Origin: a virus
DNA length: 64,000 nt
Virus record (IMG/VR): IMGVR_UViG_3300043446_002337
Location: 1-64,000 of that record
Strand: one strand, 5' to 3'
Part shown: one piece after another, positions 27,110-38,474 of the stretch
Layout of the letters: each line of letters opens with the position of its first letter
Numbering within the stretch: the stretch's first letter is position 1
The notes under the pieces: model-generated
Seen by the model: only the letters and a program-made list of their open reading frames with translations
Told to the model about the DNA's origin: nothing
The model's database searches: none
Translations under genes and position numbers: made by a program

Positions 27110-30100
27110 ATGTCCATAGAATTAGATATTCCCGATATTAAAGTTTTAATACGTACAGATCCAAATTACAATGTTGTCATTCAAAACCCACGGTCATCTG
27201 TATACCGTTCTGGGTCATATGTATCGTTTGCTGAATTAGCATCATCTGCGGTTTCTGCGTCTTTTGCGACAACTGCTTCATATGCGGTATCTTCATCATA
27301 TGCTTCCGCAAATCTATTAACTGCCTCTGTTGCAGGAAATATACTTACATTTACAAAAGGTGACGGACAAAATTTTAGTGTTACCTTAAGTACTGGGTCC
27401 GTTGATAGTGCATCGTTCGCAACTACAGCCTCATACGCACAAACTATTAACAGACAAATTAGTGGGTCAGTAGCTATTACGGGTTCTACCACCATTACAG
27501 ATGATTTAACAGTTCAAGGTATTCTTAGTGCAGAGAAACTATTAGTATCTTCTTCTATCATTTATGAGTCTGGGTCAACAAAGTTTGGTGATTCATTAGA
27601 TGATACACATCAGTTTACAGGGTCGGTATCAATAAAAGGACCACTTTCTGCTTCAAGTGGAATTACAGGGTCATTTAAGGGTGATGGTTCACAACTTACA
27701 GGATTAGTTACAGACCTTAGAATTAGTGGATCTACCGGTAGTGATGTTCTTAACCTACTTACAGATGATTTAATTGTTAGTGGTGTAAATGGTATCACCA
27801 CTGTAGTAAGTAATAATAAGTTAACAATTGATGTACCTGTTGGATTAACTGCGTCATTATATGGCACCGCAAGTGTTGCAGACGGAATTGATGTAGTTAT
27901 TGCTGGCATATATGAAACTGGAAGTGAAGGAGTTATCATTCCTACACCTTCTGGCGGACTGACTTATATCAATAGCGCAAGTTATGCATTAACTGCAAGT
28001 TATCTTAATAATAACGTATGGGAAAATATTTCAAATATACCAGACGGATTACTGTCCAGTTCAGTTCAAGTATATAATCTTCCTGTAGAAAGTGCATCGT
28101 ATGCAACTACTGCAAGTTATGCAAATGCAAATACAGTAACTACAAATCAAAATTATCCATTTCAAGTTTTATTTGTTAGTGAATCTAAATTAGCTGTAGA
28201 TATTGGACCACATTTAGTATTTAATCCATACTCTCACATATTACAAATTAGTGGTGGAACTGGTGTTTTCGGTGGAGTGGCACAACTAACTCCAAGAGGG
28301 CTATCGCTTACATCCGCATCCGCAGTAGAAGTACTCGCATTAAATCATTACGGAATACATATAAAGCACGACGGTAATACGATAGGATTAGCAGCACTAC
28401 CAGTGTCAAGTAGTCCATATATTGCAAATGGTACTCAACCTGGTATATTCGTTACCAGTGGAAGTGAATTTGGAAGTGCATATGTGCCATTAGAATTCCA
28501 AGGTTCGGGAAGTTATACTGATGGTCGTGTAACTGCAAATAGAAAATTTGTTGCAAAGGAAGGAATCGAAGTTACGGGTTCACTTACCATTTCTGGTTCT
28601 TCTACATTAACAAATATCGGACCCGCCGTATTCAGTGGGTCATTAGATGTCACGGATGGAATCACAGGTTCGTTATATGGTACTAGTAGTTGGGCAAATA
28701 CAGCTGTAACCGCTTCATATGTAGTTACCGCAAGTTATGCAATGAATGGTGGTGGCGGTGGTGGTTCTGGAACATCGGGCACCAGTGGTACCTCTGGACA
28801 AAATGGTACCTCTGGTTCTTCTGGTAGCGCAGGAACATCAGGTTCAAGTGGCACCTCTGGAGCAACAGGAGCAAGTGGAAGTTCAGGAACCTCTGGTTCT
28901 ACTGGAAGTTCAGGTACATCTGGACAAAATGGAAGTAGTGGAAGTTCAGGTAGTACAGGAACATCGGGTTCAAGTGGTACTTCTGGAGCAACGGGCGCCA
29001 GCGGAAGTTCAGGAACTTCTGGCAGTAGTGGAACTTCCGGACAAAATGGTACGTCAGGAACAACAGGTAGTAGTGGCACCAGTGGAGAATCTGGAACCAG
29101 TGGTTCATCGGGAACCTCTGGAGAATCTGGTACATCTGGTAGCAGTGGAACTTCAGGTGAATCGGGTTCGTCTGGTACCTCTGGAGAATCTGGAACTAAC
29201 GGTTCTTCTGGTACATCGGGGTCATCTGGTACAAGTGGTGTAAATGGTGATATTTATTCCACCACATCATCTACATCCAATTCAATTGGAACAGGAAACA
29301 AAACGTTTACCGTAAATGACAATGGATTAGCATATACCAACGGACAAACAGTTATTGTTGCAAGAGCAGCAGATTATGCAACACGAATGGAAGGTACTGT
29401 AGTTAGTTATAATGATGGTACCGATACATTAGTCATTAATGTAACATCAACTGTAGGTTCTGGTGGACCGTATACGGATTGGCAAGTCAACGTAGGTGGT
29501 GTCCCGGGACAATCAGGAACTTCTGGTTCTTCTGGAACTTCGGGTAGTAGTGGCACCTCGGGTGAAACTGGACCAGCAGGAACTTCTGGTTCCTCGGGCA
29601 CTTCTGGACAAAATGGTACCTCCGGTACTTCAGGAAGTACAGGAACTAGTGGGTCGTCTGGTACATCGGGTACAGGATTTAATACCATATCAAATCCAGC
29701 AGATAATAGAATATTGACTTCTGATGGAACAACAAATTCCGCCGTAGCAGAATCTAACTTAACATTTAATGGGTCAACCCTTACGGTTACAGGTAATCAA
29801 ATTGTTTCTGGTGCATTGACTGTTACGGGATTACTTACCGTAGCAACAATGTCCACGCAATATGTAACTTCGTCCCAATACAACATTGGGGTAAGTAAAA
29901 TTACATTAAATGATGATGATAATGTTAGATTTGCGGGTATTTCTGTCTATGATTCAGGGTCAACAAACGCATCGGCATCTATTTATTGGGACAGTCAAAA
30001 CCACCATTTCTTATATGAAAATTTAAGTGGGTCTGCATACAAGAGTGCATTAATTATTGCAGGACCAAAGAACACTGGGTCATTAGGACAAGAAGTAGGA

Positions 30101-30805
30101 TTAACTACAGGATATATTCCAGTTGCAACAGGCGATGACCATATCAGTAATTCTATTGTATCACAAAGTGGAACTCAAGTTAGTATTGCAGGAACAGTTC
30201 TCGCAACTAACTTTACAAGTTCTATTGTAAATGGAGTAGGATTCTTTGGTACATCGTCATATGCAGTATCATCATCACACGCAACAACAGCAACAACTGC
30301 AACATCGGTTCTGTCTACACCAGCAACGGCATCATTTGCACTTACCGCGTCATACGCAGCACCGTTGGGATTACCACAAGGACTGGTATCTAGTAGTACA
30401 CAGATTGCAAGTTTTGGTAATATTCGTCTAACGGTGGGTACAAGTAGAGCCAATGCATCGGCGTTCTATTTTAATTCAAACGTAAGAACTGCGGGTGATT
30501 CGGCATCACCTTCCGCAGATACCGCATTTTTAGTTAACTCAACCGGATTGAGTACAGTTACGGTGTATTTACGTCAAGACAATGCAAGTACAAATTCTAC
30601 ATTGGTAGGTATTGCTAAAAATGCAAATGGAGCAGCATTTTCTGGGGCAACATTAATCGCCAGTTCTTCGTTAAACCTAACACAAGATACAATTCAGACA
30701 TATACTTTCTCTGGATTAACACTAAGTCAATTTGATGCAATTCACATATATTGTGACCCAACTAATACACCAGGTTCATTGTTCGGAGTGGTTGTCGTAT
30801 CATAG
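27110..30805 (+). CDS. Fibre-like virion protein (1231 aa) with Gly-X-Y (GTS/GSS) tracts
   Basis: S/T/G-rich; repeated ASYA motifs; Gly-X-Y tracts at about 28769-29248 and 29498-29677; shares modules with neighbouring fibre genes. Confidence 0.75.
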   Translation: MSIELDIPDIKVLIRTDPNYNVVIQNPRSSVYRSGSYVSFAELASSAVSASFATTASYAVSSSYASANLLTASVAGNILTFTKGDGQNFSVTLSTGSVDSASFATTASYAQTINRQISGSVAITGSTTITDDLTVQGILSAEKLLVSSSIIYESGSTKFGDSLDDTHQFTGSVSIKGPLSASSGITGSFKGDGSQLTGLVTDLRISGSTGSDVLNLLTDDLIVSGVNGITTVVSNNKLTIDVPVGLTASLYGTASVADGIDVVIAGIYETGSEGVIIPTPSGGLTYINSASYALTASYLNNNVWENISNIPDGLLSSSVQVYNLPVESASYATTASYANANTVTTNQNYPFQVLFVSESKLAVDIGPHLVFNPYSHILQISGGTGVFGGVAQLTPRGLSLTSASAVEVLALNHYGIHIKHDGNTIGLAALPVSSSPYIANGTQPGIFVTSGSEFGSAYVPLEFQGSGSYTDGRVTANRKFVAKEGIEVTGSLTISGSSTLTNIGPAVFSGSLDVTDGITGSLYGTSSWANTAVTASYVVTASYAMNGGGGGGSGTSGTSGTSGQNGTSGSSGSAGTSGSSGTSGATGASGSSGTSGSTGSSGTSGQNGSSGSSGSTGTSGSSGTSGATGASGSSGTSGSSGTSGQNGTSGTTGSSGTSGESGTSGSSGTSGESGTSGSSGTSGESGSSGTSGESGTNGSSGTSGSSGTSGVNGDIYSTTSSTSNSIGTGNKTFTVNDNGLAYTNGQTVIVARAADYATRMEGTVVSYNDGTDTLVINVTSTVGSGGPYTDWQVNVGGVPGQSGTSGSSGTSGSSGTSGETGPAGTSGSSGTSGQNGTSGTSGSTGTSGSSGTSGTGFNTISNPADNRILTSDGTTNSAVAESNLTFNGSTLTVTGNQIVSGALTVTGLLTVATMSTQYVTSSQYNIGVSKITLNDDDNVRFAGISVYDSGSTNASASIYWDSQNHHFLYENLSGSAYKSALIIAGPKNTGSLGQEVGLTTGYIPVATGDDHISNSIVSQSGTQVSIAGTVLATNFTSSIVNGVGFFGTSSYAVSSSHATTATTATSVLSTPATASFALTASYAAPLGLPQGLVSSSTQIASFGNIRLTVGTSRANASAFYFNSNVRTAGDSASPSADTAFLVNSTGLSTVTVYLRQDNASTNSTLVGIAKNANGAAFSGATLIASSSLNLTQDTIQTYTFSGLTLSQFDAIHIYCDPTNTPGSLFGVVVVS

Positions 30806-30811
30806 TCACAC

Positions 30812-30835
30812 TATTTATTAAAGAATTTATTTATT
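30812..30835 (+). promoter_or_regulatory. Two putative late promoter motifs TATTTATT
   Basis: At 30812 and 30828, before the ATG at 30844. Confidence 0.5.
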
Positions 30836-30843
30836 GAGATAAT

Positions 30844-31443
30844 ATGCCAGCAAATCGTTTTATACCTTTATACAATAGTCAATACGGAGCAGTACCGACC
30901 GCAAGTGCCATGTATGATGGTGAACTTGCGGTTAATATTGCCGATGGTAAGCTATATACCAAGAGTGGGTCTGCGATTGTTGCATTAAATGACACCACCA
31001 ATTTTGTATCCAGTAGTGCACAAGTAGTCGGACTGTTGGTAGATACCACAATTGAACCCGCAATCGTCAAATCTAATGAATTTAGATTAGATGCTGGAAC
31101 GGTTCATATGACCGTTACGGGGTCCACCAATACGGGAATATTTGGGGCAACGGAAGATGTAAAACCCTATATTTCTACTACAGATTATTCAGGAACGACA
31201 ATTGAATATATCGCTCAACGTCCTGGTGCGACCCGTATTGGAATGGTAATGGCAACATGGTCTGGAAGTAGTGTAGTATTTACGGATGTCTCCACCGCCG
31301 ATATTGGGGACACAAAAGACATATCTTTCGGGTTTATTCAATCGGGGAGTTATTTCAAGTTACGAGTAAACAGTAATGGGTCAGGAAGTGGAGCCTGGAC
31401 TGTACAAAGTCTATTTAAATTGTTTCCGAATTTGAATTCTTGA
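30844..31443 (+). CDS. Short fibre protein with a gp34/Mtd-type N-terminal anchor domain
   Basis: GAVPTASAMYDGELAVNIADGKLYTK; its C-terminal domain is homologous to the C-terminus of the next gene (R-G-VMA-W...TD-ST-D-G-T-DI). Confidence 0.7.
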   Translation: MPANRFIPLYNSQYGAVPTASAMYDGELAVNIADGKLYTKSGSAIVALNDTTNFVSSSAQVVGLLVDTTIEPAIVKSNEFRLDAGTVHMTVTGSTNTGIFGATEDVKPYISTTDYSGTTIEYIAQRPGATRIGMVMATWSGSSVVFTDVSTADIGDTKDISFGFIQSGSYFKLRVNSNGSGSGAWTVQSLFKLFPNLNS

Positions 31444-31448
31444 TAAAG

Positions 31449-31463
31449 TATTTAATATTTATA
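31449..31463 (+). promoter_or_regulatory. Overlapping putative late promoter motifs TATTTAAT/TATTTATA
   Basis: About 30 nt before the ATG at 31494. Confidence 0.5.
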
Positions 31464-31493
31464 TACACTTAATAACCCCGTTGGGAGAACCGT

Positions 31494-33935
31494 ATGGCGA
31501 ATGAATTTATTGCACGTAAGGGGCTGATAGTCCTCAATAACGGTGCAAAAGTCACTGGGTCTTTGTTGGTCCAAGGTGATGTAGAAGCAGTAGGATATAA
31601 TGTAACCGCATCAAACCTGCAATTACTTGGTAGTGCAAGTATAGCGGGTGATTTGACATTAGGTGGAAACCTAACTGTTGGTAATGCAGACATTGATGTT
31701 GTCAAGTTTCTGGCGGAAGTTAGTTCGTCCATTCTTCCTGATGTTAATAACTCGTTTGACCTAGGTTCTCCTACAAAGAACTGGCGTGATTTACACGTAA
31801 GTGGAACTGCACATCTTAACAATATTGAAGCAACAAGCGCAACGGGTTCATTCACTGGTTCATTTACTGGTAATGTCACCGCTACATCATTCGCATTCGA
31901 TATTGATACTTTTGGAAGCGACCTAACGGGTATTACTGTATCAGGAACAGATAAGTTACTCTTGTCTGATTCCGGTACAGACGGACGTATTAACGTCAGT
32001 CAATTATCCACACCACTCGCCGGAACTGGTCTTGAAGCAAATGCTGGTACTATTCGTATCGCAGCAGATGCAGCTGGTGCTGGTTTAACCGGTGGTGCTG
32101 GTTCCGCTCTCGCAGTAGGAGCAGGAAGTGGTATTACCGTAAACGCTGATGATGTAGCACTTAACACGGGTTCGGCACACTTTATCAGTGGTTCTAGAAA
32201 TGTTATAACATTTACTGATACTACTGGTGCTAGTGGTATTGATTTCACATATGTCGCAGGAACAGCTTCCGCAGTACTACAAAATAGTGCAGTTACCGTT
32301 ACCGCAGGTAGTGGTTTAAGTGGTGGTGGTTCTGTATCACTCGGTGGCACCACCACAGTTACACTTGATACCTCATCAGCACACTTTACTGGTGGTGTTA
32401 AGAGTAAGTTAAATACAGATGGTGTGGTCAGTAGTTCTGTACAAATTGACCATAATTCTACAACAAATTATGTAGCAAACCAACACATTGACCACAGCAC
32501 AGTATCAATATCTGCAGGAAGTGGTTTAAGTGGTGGTGGTGATATTACCGCAACCCGTACCTTAACACTAGATACATCATCTGCACACTTTACTGGCGGT
32601 GTTAAGTCCAAGTTAAACCTAGAAGGTGTGGTCAGTAGTTCATCACAAATTGATGTTCGTAACACCACTGGTATCGCAACAATTGCAACCACTGGTTCAA
32701 ATACCTTTACAGGTATTCAAACTATTAGTAATACCACTAATAGCACTAACTATGCAGATGGTGCATTAATTGTACAAGGTGGTGTTGGAATTGCTAAGGA
32801 TGTAAACATTTCTGGTAGTTTGAATGTTACTGGATTACTCAGTGCAGTCAGTATGTCTACTCAATATGTTACATCTTCACAATATGTTGTTGGTGTAAGT
32901 CGTGTAGTAGTTAATGACGACGATAATGTACGATTTGCGGGACTTTCAGTTATTGACTCGGGTTCTAGCTATGGAACAGGGTCACTCCTTTGGGACAGTT
33001 TCAACAATCGTTGGATATATCAAGCAGATGACCAAGCATACAATTCCGCAGTTATCATTGCTGGTCCACAAAACACTGGTTCGCTTGGCGATGAAGTTGG
33101 ATTAATCACCGGTCGTATTCCTGTAGCAGTTGGTGATGACCATATCGATACACGACCCGCAGTTTCACCTCTTCGTGTTGCAGGAACCACTTTACACGCA
33201 GAAGGTAATGTATACGTCACAGGTTCAGTAACCGCATCTGCATTCTCTGGTGATGGTAGTAACCTTACTGGTATCGTCACCAACCTTAACATCAGTGGTT
33301 CAGATGGCGGTACTGGAACAGTTTCACTTAAGACACAAGCATTAACTGTTGATGGTACTAACGGTCTTACCGCAACAGTCAGTGGTCAAACTATCACGAT
33401 TAGTGGTAGTGATGCAACAACTACTACGAAGGGTGTTGCATCATTCACTGGTTCAAACTTCACTGTTACTGGTGGTGAAGTAAGTGCGAAGGCAATCACA
33501 TTCAATAGTGTCCCACTCAATCTTGGTTCTTCATACTCATTCGGTCTTGCTAACATCACTTCACAGGGTGCAACCACTGCAGACCAACTTGTACTCAATG
33601 GTGGAGCAGTTATCCACGGTGTCCTCTACAGTTCAGGTAGTAACACCGATGTAGACACTGGTACTGAAGTAGTTGCATCGGTATCAACTGGTAGTTATGA
33701 CGCAGCATTCTTCGATTATGTCGTGAAGAAGGGTTCAAACTATCGTGCAGGTACCGTGATGGCAGTATGGGAAGCAGGTACCACCAACGTAGAATACACA
33801 GATACATCAACAAACGATTTAGGAAATACCGCAGATATCGTGTTTACTGTTGATATCTTGACCGCAACTGCACGACTAAAGGCAATCGCAGCAACCAACG
33901 ATTGGTACATTAAGACCGCAATTCGCGCATTATAA
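31494..33935 (+). CDS. Fibre-like virion protein (813 aa)
   Basis: G/S/T-rich beta-repeat protein; DLGSPTKNWRDLH fibre motif; internal duplication; N-terminus MANEFIARKGLIV. Confidence 0.75.
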   Translation: MANEFIARKGLIVLNNGAKVTGSLLVQGDVEAVGYNVTASNLQLLGSASIAGDLTLGGNLTVGNADIDVVKFLAEVSSSILPDVNNSFDLGSPTKNWRDLHVSGTAHLNNIEATSATGSFTGSFTGNVTATSFAFDIDTFGSDLTGITVSGTDKLLLSDSGTDGRINVSQLSTPLAGTGLEANAGTIRIAADAAGAGLTGGAGSALAVGAGSGITVNADDVALNTGSAHFISGSRNVITFTDTTGASGIDFTYVAGTASAVLQNSAVTVTAGSGLSGGGSVSLGGTTTVTLDTSSAHFTGGVKSKLNTDGVVSSSVQIDHNSTTNYVANQHIDHSTVSISAGSGLSGGGDITATRTLTLDTSSAHFTGGVKSKLNLEGVVSSSSQIDVRNTTGIATIATTGSNTFTGIQTISNTTNSTNYADGALIVQGGVGIAKDVNISGSLNVTGLLSAVSMSTQYVTSSQYVVGVSRVVVNDDDNVRFAGLSVIDSGSSYGTGSLLWDSFNNRWIYQADDQAYNSAVIIAGPQNTGSLGDEVGLITGRIPVAVGDDHIDTRPAVSPLRVAGTTLHAEGNVYVTGSVTASAFSGDGSNLTGIVTNLNISGSDGGTGTVSLKTQALTVDGTNGLTATVSGQTITISGSDATTTTKGVASFTGSNFTVTGGEVSAKAITFNSVPLNLGSSYSFGLANITSQGATTADQLVLNGGAVIHGVLYSSGSNTDVDTGTEVVASVSTGSYDAAFFDYVVKKGSNYRAGTVMAVWEAGTTNVEYTDTSTNDLGNTADIVFTVDILTATARLKAIAATNDWYIKTAIRAL
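32304..32654 (+). repeat. Internal approximately 145-nt direct duplication (32304-32450 and 32514-32654)
   Basis: AGSGLSGGG...TLDTSSAHFTGGVKSKLN-GVVSSS-QID is encoded twice, with long identical DNA runs. Confidence 0.8.
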
Positions 33936-33999
33936 GTTTAAATAAAAGGTTATTACACAATAGAAACTACTCACCTTTGGATAATGAAGAAGGGGAATT

Positions 34000-36900
34000 A
34001 TGGCAAATGAATTTATAGCCAGAAAGGGACTGATAGTCCCTACTGGTAGTATTAATGTTATATCTGGGGCGGTTACCGCATCTTATTTTAAAGGTGATGG
34101 TAGTCAATTAATCAATCTTCCGGCGACTAGTACTTCGTCGGTTACCATTACCTCAAATACATTTACGGGTAATGGAACACAAACCCAGTTTGACTTAGGT
34201 ACATCATATTACATAGATTCCCTTTTTATTAGTGTTGATGGTTTATTTTACGCACCATTAACAGACTATACGATTTCTGGTTCAATAGTCACCTTTATAT
34301 CCGCACCACCAACAGAATCAATTATTAATGTACGTTCACTCATCAATACTGTTGATGGTGGTGTTGGTACATTTAGTGGTTCATTTATTGGTACAATTTC
34401 ATCTGCGTCATATTCTGTAACATCCAGTTATGCCGAAATAGCAAACTTTGCATTAACCCCATCTGGTACCTCAGGAACATCTGGTACCAGTGGGGTTTCC
34501 GGTACATCTGGAAGTTCGGGTACAACAGGTAGTAGTGGTACTACGGGAACTTCAGGTAGTTCTGGTTCAACCGGTACATCTGGTGAATCTGGTACGAGTG
34601 GGTCATCCGGAACATCAGGTTCGAGTGGTACTTCAGGCTCATCAGGTACAAGTGGTTCTTCTGGGACTGGTGGAAGTTCAGGTACATCAGGAACATCTGG
34701 CTCGTCTGGTGAATCGGGAACCTCAGGTAGCTCAGGCACATCAGGCACTTCTGGTTCTTCTGGAACGAGCGGTAGTTCGGGTACATCAGGTTCATCAGGA
34801 ACAAGTGGTAGTTCTGGAACCGCGGGGTCAAGTGGTACATCAGGTACATTAGCTCTCACAGGGTCTACCGATAATGGATTAATTACATTAAATGGAAGCG
34901 CACCCAATGCTACCGTCGAAAGTAACTTAACGTTTGATGGTAGTTCGTTGGTTGTTATTGGCGATGTTACAGCAAGTAATATCCGTGTAGATGGTACCGC
35001 ATCCATCCGAAGACTTGAAACACAATTTGTCACTTCATCAATAATTTATGAAAGTGGTTCCACGAAATTTGGTGATAGTCTAGACGACACACATCAATTT
35101 ACGGGTTCATTAGATATCACAGGGTCACTCATCATAAATGGGACATCATATACTGCCGCAACGTCAGGAACAGCCGGTACTTCTGGGTCAAGTGGAACTG
35201 CTGGTTCATCAGGAACAAGTGGTAGTTCTGGAACCGCGGGAAGTTCTGGCACATCAGGTAGTTCTGGTACATCTGGTTCGTCTGGTAGTTCCGGAACAAC
35301 AGGTACGAGTGGTTCATCTGGTGTAGATGGTACCTCTGGTAGTTCTGGAACTAGTGGCACATCGGGTAGTTCAGGTTCTACAGGTACGTCCGGTTCGTCT
35401 GGTAGTACGGGTTCGTCTGGAACTTCTGGAAGTTCTGGAACATCAGGTTCTTCTGGGTCCACAGGAACCTCTGGTTCCTCTGGTTCTACCGGAACTTCAG
35501 GTAGTTCTGGAAGTACCGGAACAAGCGGTAGTTCTGGATCTTCGGGAACATCAGGTTCAACAGGAACGAGTGGTAGTTCTGGAAGTACCGGAACCAGTGG
35601 AAGTAGTGGAACTTCAGGTAGTTCTGGAAGTACTGGTACATCGGGTAGTTCTGGTACCAGTGGTTCCTCAGGAACATCTGGTTCATCTGGTACCGCAGGA
35701 AGTTCGGGAACTAGTGGTACAGGATTTACTACTATCTCTGGAGCGGTAAATAATAGAATATTAACCTCAGACGGTTCAGCTAATGCCGCTGTTGCAGAAC
35801 CAAATCTAACATTTGATGGAAGTTCACTAGTAGTTGTTGGAGCAGTTACCGCAAGTAGTTTACGAGTTGACGGTACTGCATCTATCCGAAGACTTGAAAC
35901 ACAGTTTGTCACTTCATCTATTATTTTTGAAAGTGGGTCAACCAAATTTGGTGATAGTTTAGACGACACCCATCAGTTCACAGGGTCAGTAGGAATTACA
36001 GGCTCAACATTAACGGTAACTGGAGTAATCACCACATCTGGTAATATTACCGCAGGAGGCAACCTTATATCCAATAACTCCGCGGGTGATGAAGGTGGAG
36101 AAATTCTATTAGCAAAACCACAAACTAATAATACATTAACTGGTAGTGGCGTAACGATTGACCTTTATCAAAACAGAGTAAGAATATTTGAACAAGGCGG
36201 GGCTGCCCGTGGTGGATATTGGGATATTAGCACATTGGCTGCCGGTGTTGGAACAAACTTCTTAACTGCCGGCTCATCGGGTACCTCCGGTTCTTCCGGA
36301 ACTAGTGGAAGTTCTGGTTCTTCAGGAACCTCTGGCTCCTCTGGTTCAACAGGAACAAGTGGAAGTTCCGGTTCCACAGGAACATCAGGTTCAGCAGGTA
36401 CTTCAGGAACATCAGGTTCAAGTGGTACCGCAGGAACCTCTGGTAGTTCTGGTTCAACTGGTACTTCGGGTTCAAGTGGAACTACGGGAACGTCTGGTTC
36501 CTCTGGTTCAACAGGAACCAGTGGAAGTAGTGGAACTTCAGGTAGTTCTGGTACAACTGGAAGCTCGGGTTCAACAGGAACCAGTGGTAGTTCTGGTACA
36601 ACTGGAACTTCAGGTTCATCTGGTACAACTGGTAGTAGTGGAACCTCTGGTAGTTCCGGTTCTACAGGTACGTCAGGTTCCTCTGGAACTTCAGGATCAT
36701 CAGGTACAACGGGAAGTTCTGGTACAGCTGGTTCGTCGGGAACTTCTGGTACGTTAGCACTCACTGGATCAACTGATAACGGTTTAATTACATTAAATGG
36801 TACTGCTCCTAGTGCAACAGTAGAAAGTAATCTTACATTCAATGGGTCATTGTTAAATGTTATTGGTTCAGTATCTGCATCAACAGGATTTACTGGTTCA

Positions 36901-38403
36901 TTGTTTGGAACAAGTAGTTGGGCAACACAAGCGGCAACTGCATCATACATTTCTGGTGGATTATCAATTCCAGAAGGACTTGATGTTACTGGGTCATTAA
37001 AAGTAACTGGGTCACAAATTCTTACTGGTTCATTAAGTGTACTAGGTAATGTTACTGCAAGTAATTTAAGAATTAACGGTACTGCATCTATTCTACGACT
37101 TGAAACACAATTCGTCACCTCATCAATTATTTATGAAAGTGGGTCTACGAAATTTGGTGATAGTTTTGATGACGTGCATCAACGTACAGGCTCACTTCAA
37201 ATTACGGGTTCACTAGTAATCAACGGTACTTCATACACTGCCGCAACTTCAGGAACGTCAGGTACATCTGGTTCGTCGGGTAGTAGTGGAACAAGTGGTA
37301 GTTCGGGAACATCTGGTAGTTCTGGCACAGCAGGAAGTAGTGGTTCTACTGGAACATCTGGTTCATCAGGAACTAGTGGTACGTCAGGAACCTCAGGTAG
37401 TTCAGGTTCAACAGGTACGTCAGGTTCATCAGGAACATCTGGTTCAAGCGGAACATCTGGAACTAGTGGTAGTTCTGGAAGTTCGGGTACAACTGGAAGT
37501 TCTGGTACATCTGGTAGTAGTGGAACCAGTGGGTCATCGGGGTCAACTGGTACCTCAGGTAGTTCTGGTTCAACTGGCACAAGTGGCAGTGCCGGTACAG
37601 CAGGTAGTTCAGGTACTTCAGGTACTCTTACACTTACTGGAACAAGAGATAATGGTGTAATTACTTTAAATGGTAGTGCACCAAACGCGTCTGTTGAAAA
37701 TAATTTAACATTCGATGGTAGTTCTCTTATTGTAACTGGGTCACTAATTGTATCAAGTAGTGGAATACAATTAACTGGTAGTCAACTCTTTGGTACCGCA
37801 AGTTGGGCAAATAATTCAATATCATCTTCATATGCGTTGACAGCATCGTATGCAGAAAATGGAGGTGGGGGTGGTGGTGCAGTAAGTATTGATACATACG
37901 AGTTTATTGGAAATGGAAGCACCGCAGCATATGTGGTATCTTCATCATACGCAGCAAATTCGTTGTTCATCAGTGTAGACGGATTAGCATATAACACACC
38001 AGGTGATTACACAGTATCGGGTGCAACAATAACATTTACCTCAACTCCACCATCCGAATCGGTCATATACATAAAGGCATTATTAAATACATCACAAAAT
38101 GTCACTGGTTCATTTAGTGGGTCATTCCAAGGTATTATATCATCGGCAAGTTACGCAACTACCGCATCATATGTAAACATTAATTTAGTAGCTGATAATC
38201 ATTTATTTGTCGGTGACGGGTCCACTCTTATCTATACATTATCGCAGTCATACAGTCCATCAATATTAACGGTATCGGTTGATGGTATGGTGAATGCACT
38301 AACTGAAGATTATACGGTGACTACAAATCAATTAACCTTTATTACTGCTCCACCAACTTCGTCAAATATATTGGTGAAGGGTATTAGATTAAGTCTAGGA
38401 TAA
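34000..38403 (+). CDS. Fibre-like virion protein (1467 aa) with four Gly-Ser/Thr-Ser/Thr tracts
   Basis: Tracts at about 34465-34845, 35167-35724, 36271-36750 and 37252-37623; three copies of LETQFVTSSII(Y/F)[12 protein letters not shown]; three copies of a F-G(N/D)G...SVDG...DYT...TF...PP domain. Confidence 0.78.
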   Translation: MANEFIARKGLIVPTGSINVISGAVTASYFKGDGSQLINLPATSTSSVTITSNTFTGNGTQTQFDLGTSYYIDSLFISVDGLFYAPLTDYTISGSIVTFISAPPTESIINVRSLINTVDGGVGTFSGSFIGTISSASYSVTSSYAEIANFALTPSGTSGTSGTSGVSGTSGSSGTTGSSGTTGTSGSSGSTGTSGESGTSGSSGTSGSSGTSGSSGTSGSSGTGGSSGTSGTSGSSGESGTSGSSGTSGTSGSSGTSGSSGTSGSSGTSGSSGTAGSSGTSGTLALTGSTDNGLITLNGSAPNATVESNLTFDGSSLVVIGDVTASNIRVDGTASIRRLETQFVTSSIIYESGSTKFGDSLDDTHQFTGSLDITGSLIINGTSYTAATSGTAGTSGSSGTAGSSGTSGSSGTAGSSGTSGSSGTSGSSGSSGTTGTSGSSGVDGTSGSSGTSGTSGSSGSTGTSGSSGSTGSSGTSGSSGTSGSSGSTGTSGSSGSTGTSGSSGSTGTSGSSGSSGTSGSTGTSGSSGSTGTSGSSGTSGSSGSTGTSGSSGTSGSSGTSGSSGTAGSSGTSGTGFTTISGAVNNRILTSDGSANAAVAEPNLTFDGSSLVVVGAVTASSLRVDGTASIRRLETQFVTSSIIFESGSTKFGDSLDDTHQFTGSVGITGSTLTVTGVITTSGNITAGGNLISNNSAGDEGGEILLAKPQTNNTLTGSGVTIDLYQNRVRIFEQGGAARGGYWDISTLAAGVGTNFLTAGSSGTSGSSGTSGSSGSSGTSGSSGSTGTSGSSGSTGTSGSAGTSGTSGSSGTAGTSGSSGSTGTSGSSGTTGTSGSSGSTGTSGSSGTSGSSGTTGSSGSTGTSGSSGTTGTSGSSGTTGSSGTSGSSGSTGTSGSSGTSGSSGTTGSSGTAGSSGTSGTLALTGSTDNGLITLNGTAPSATVESNLTFNGSLLNVIGSVSASTGFTGSLFGTSSWATQAATASYISGGLSIPEGLDVTGSLKVTGSQILTGSLSVLGNVTASNLRINGTASILRLETQFVTSSIIYESGSTKFGDSFDDVHQRTGSLQITGSLVINGTSYTAATSGTSGTSGSSGSSGTSGSSGTSGSSGTAGSSGSTGTSGSSGTSGTSGTSGSSGSTGTSGSSGTSGSSGTSGTSGSSGSSGTTGSSGTSGSSGTSGSSGSTGTSGSSGSTGTSGSAGTAGSSGTSGTLTLTGTRDNGVITLNGSAPNASVENNLTFDGSSLIVTGSLIVSSSGIQLTGSQLFGTASWANNSISSSYALTASYAENGGGGGGAVSIDTYEFIGNGSTAAYVVSSSYAANSLFISVDGLAYNTPGDYTVSGATITFTSTPPSESVIYIKALLNTSQNVTGSFSGSFQGIISSASYATTASYVNINLVADNHLFVGDGSTLIYTLSQSYSPSILTVSVDGMVNALTEDYTVTTNQLTFITAPPTSSNILVKGIRLSLG

Positions 38404-38438
38404 TCAGTAAAAAATTGGTTTTATTAGAGGTTTCTTTA

Positions 38439-38446
38439 TATTTATA
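38439..38446 (+). promoter_or_regulatory. Putative late promoter motif TATTTATA
   Basis: About 30 nt before the ATG at 38475. Confidence 0.55.
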
Positions 38447-38474
38447 TCAGATAACTCATTTTTAGAGATTATAC

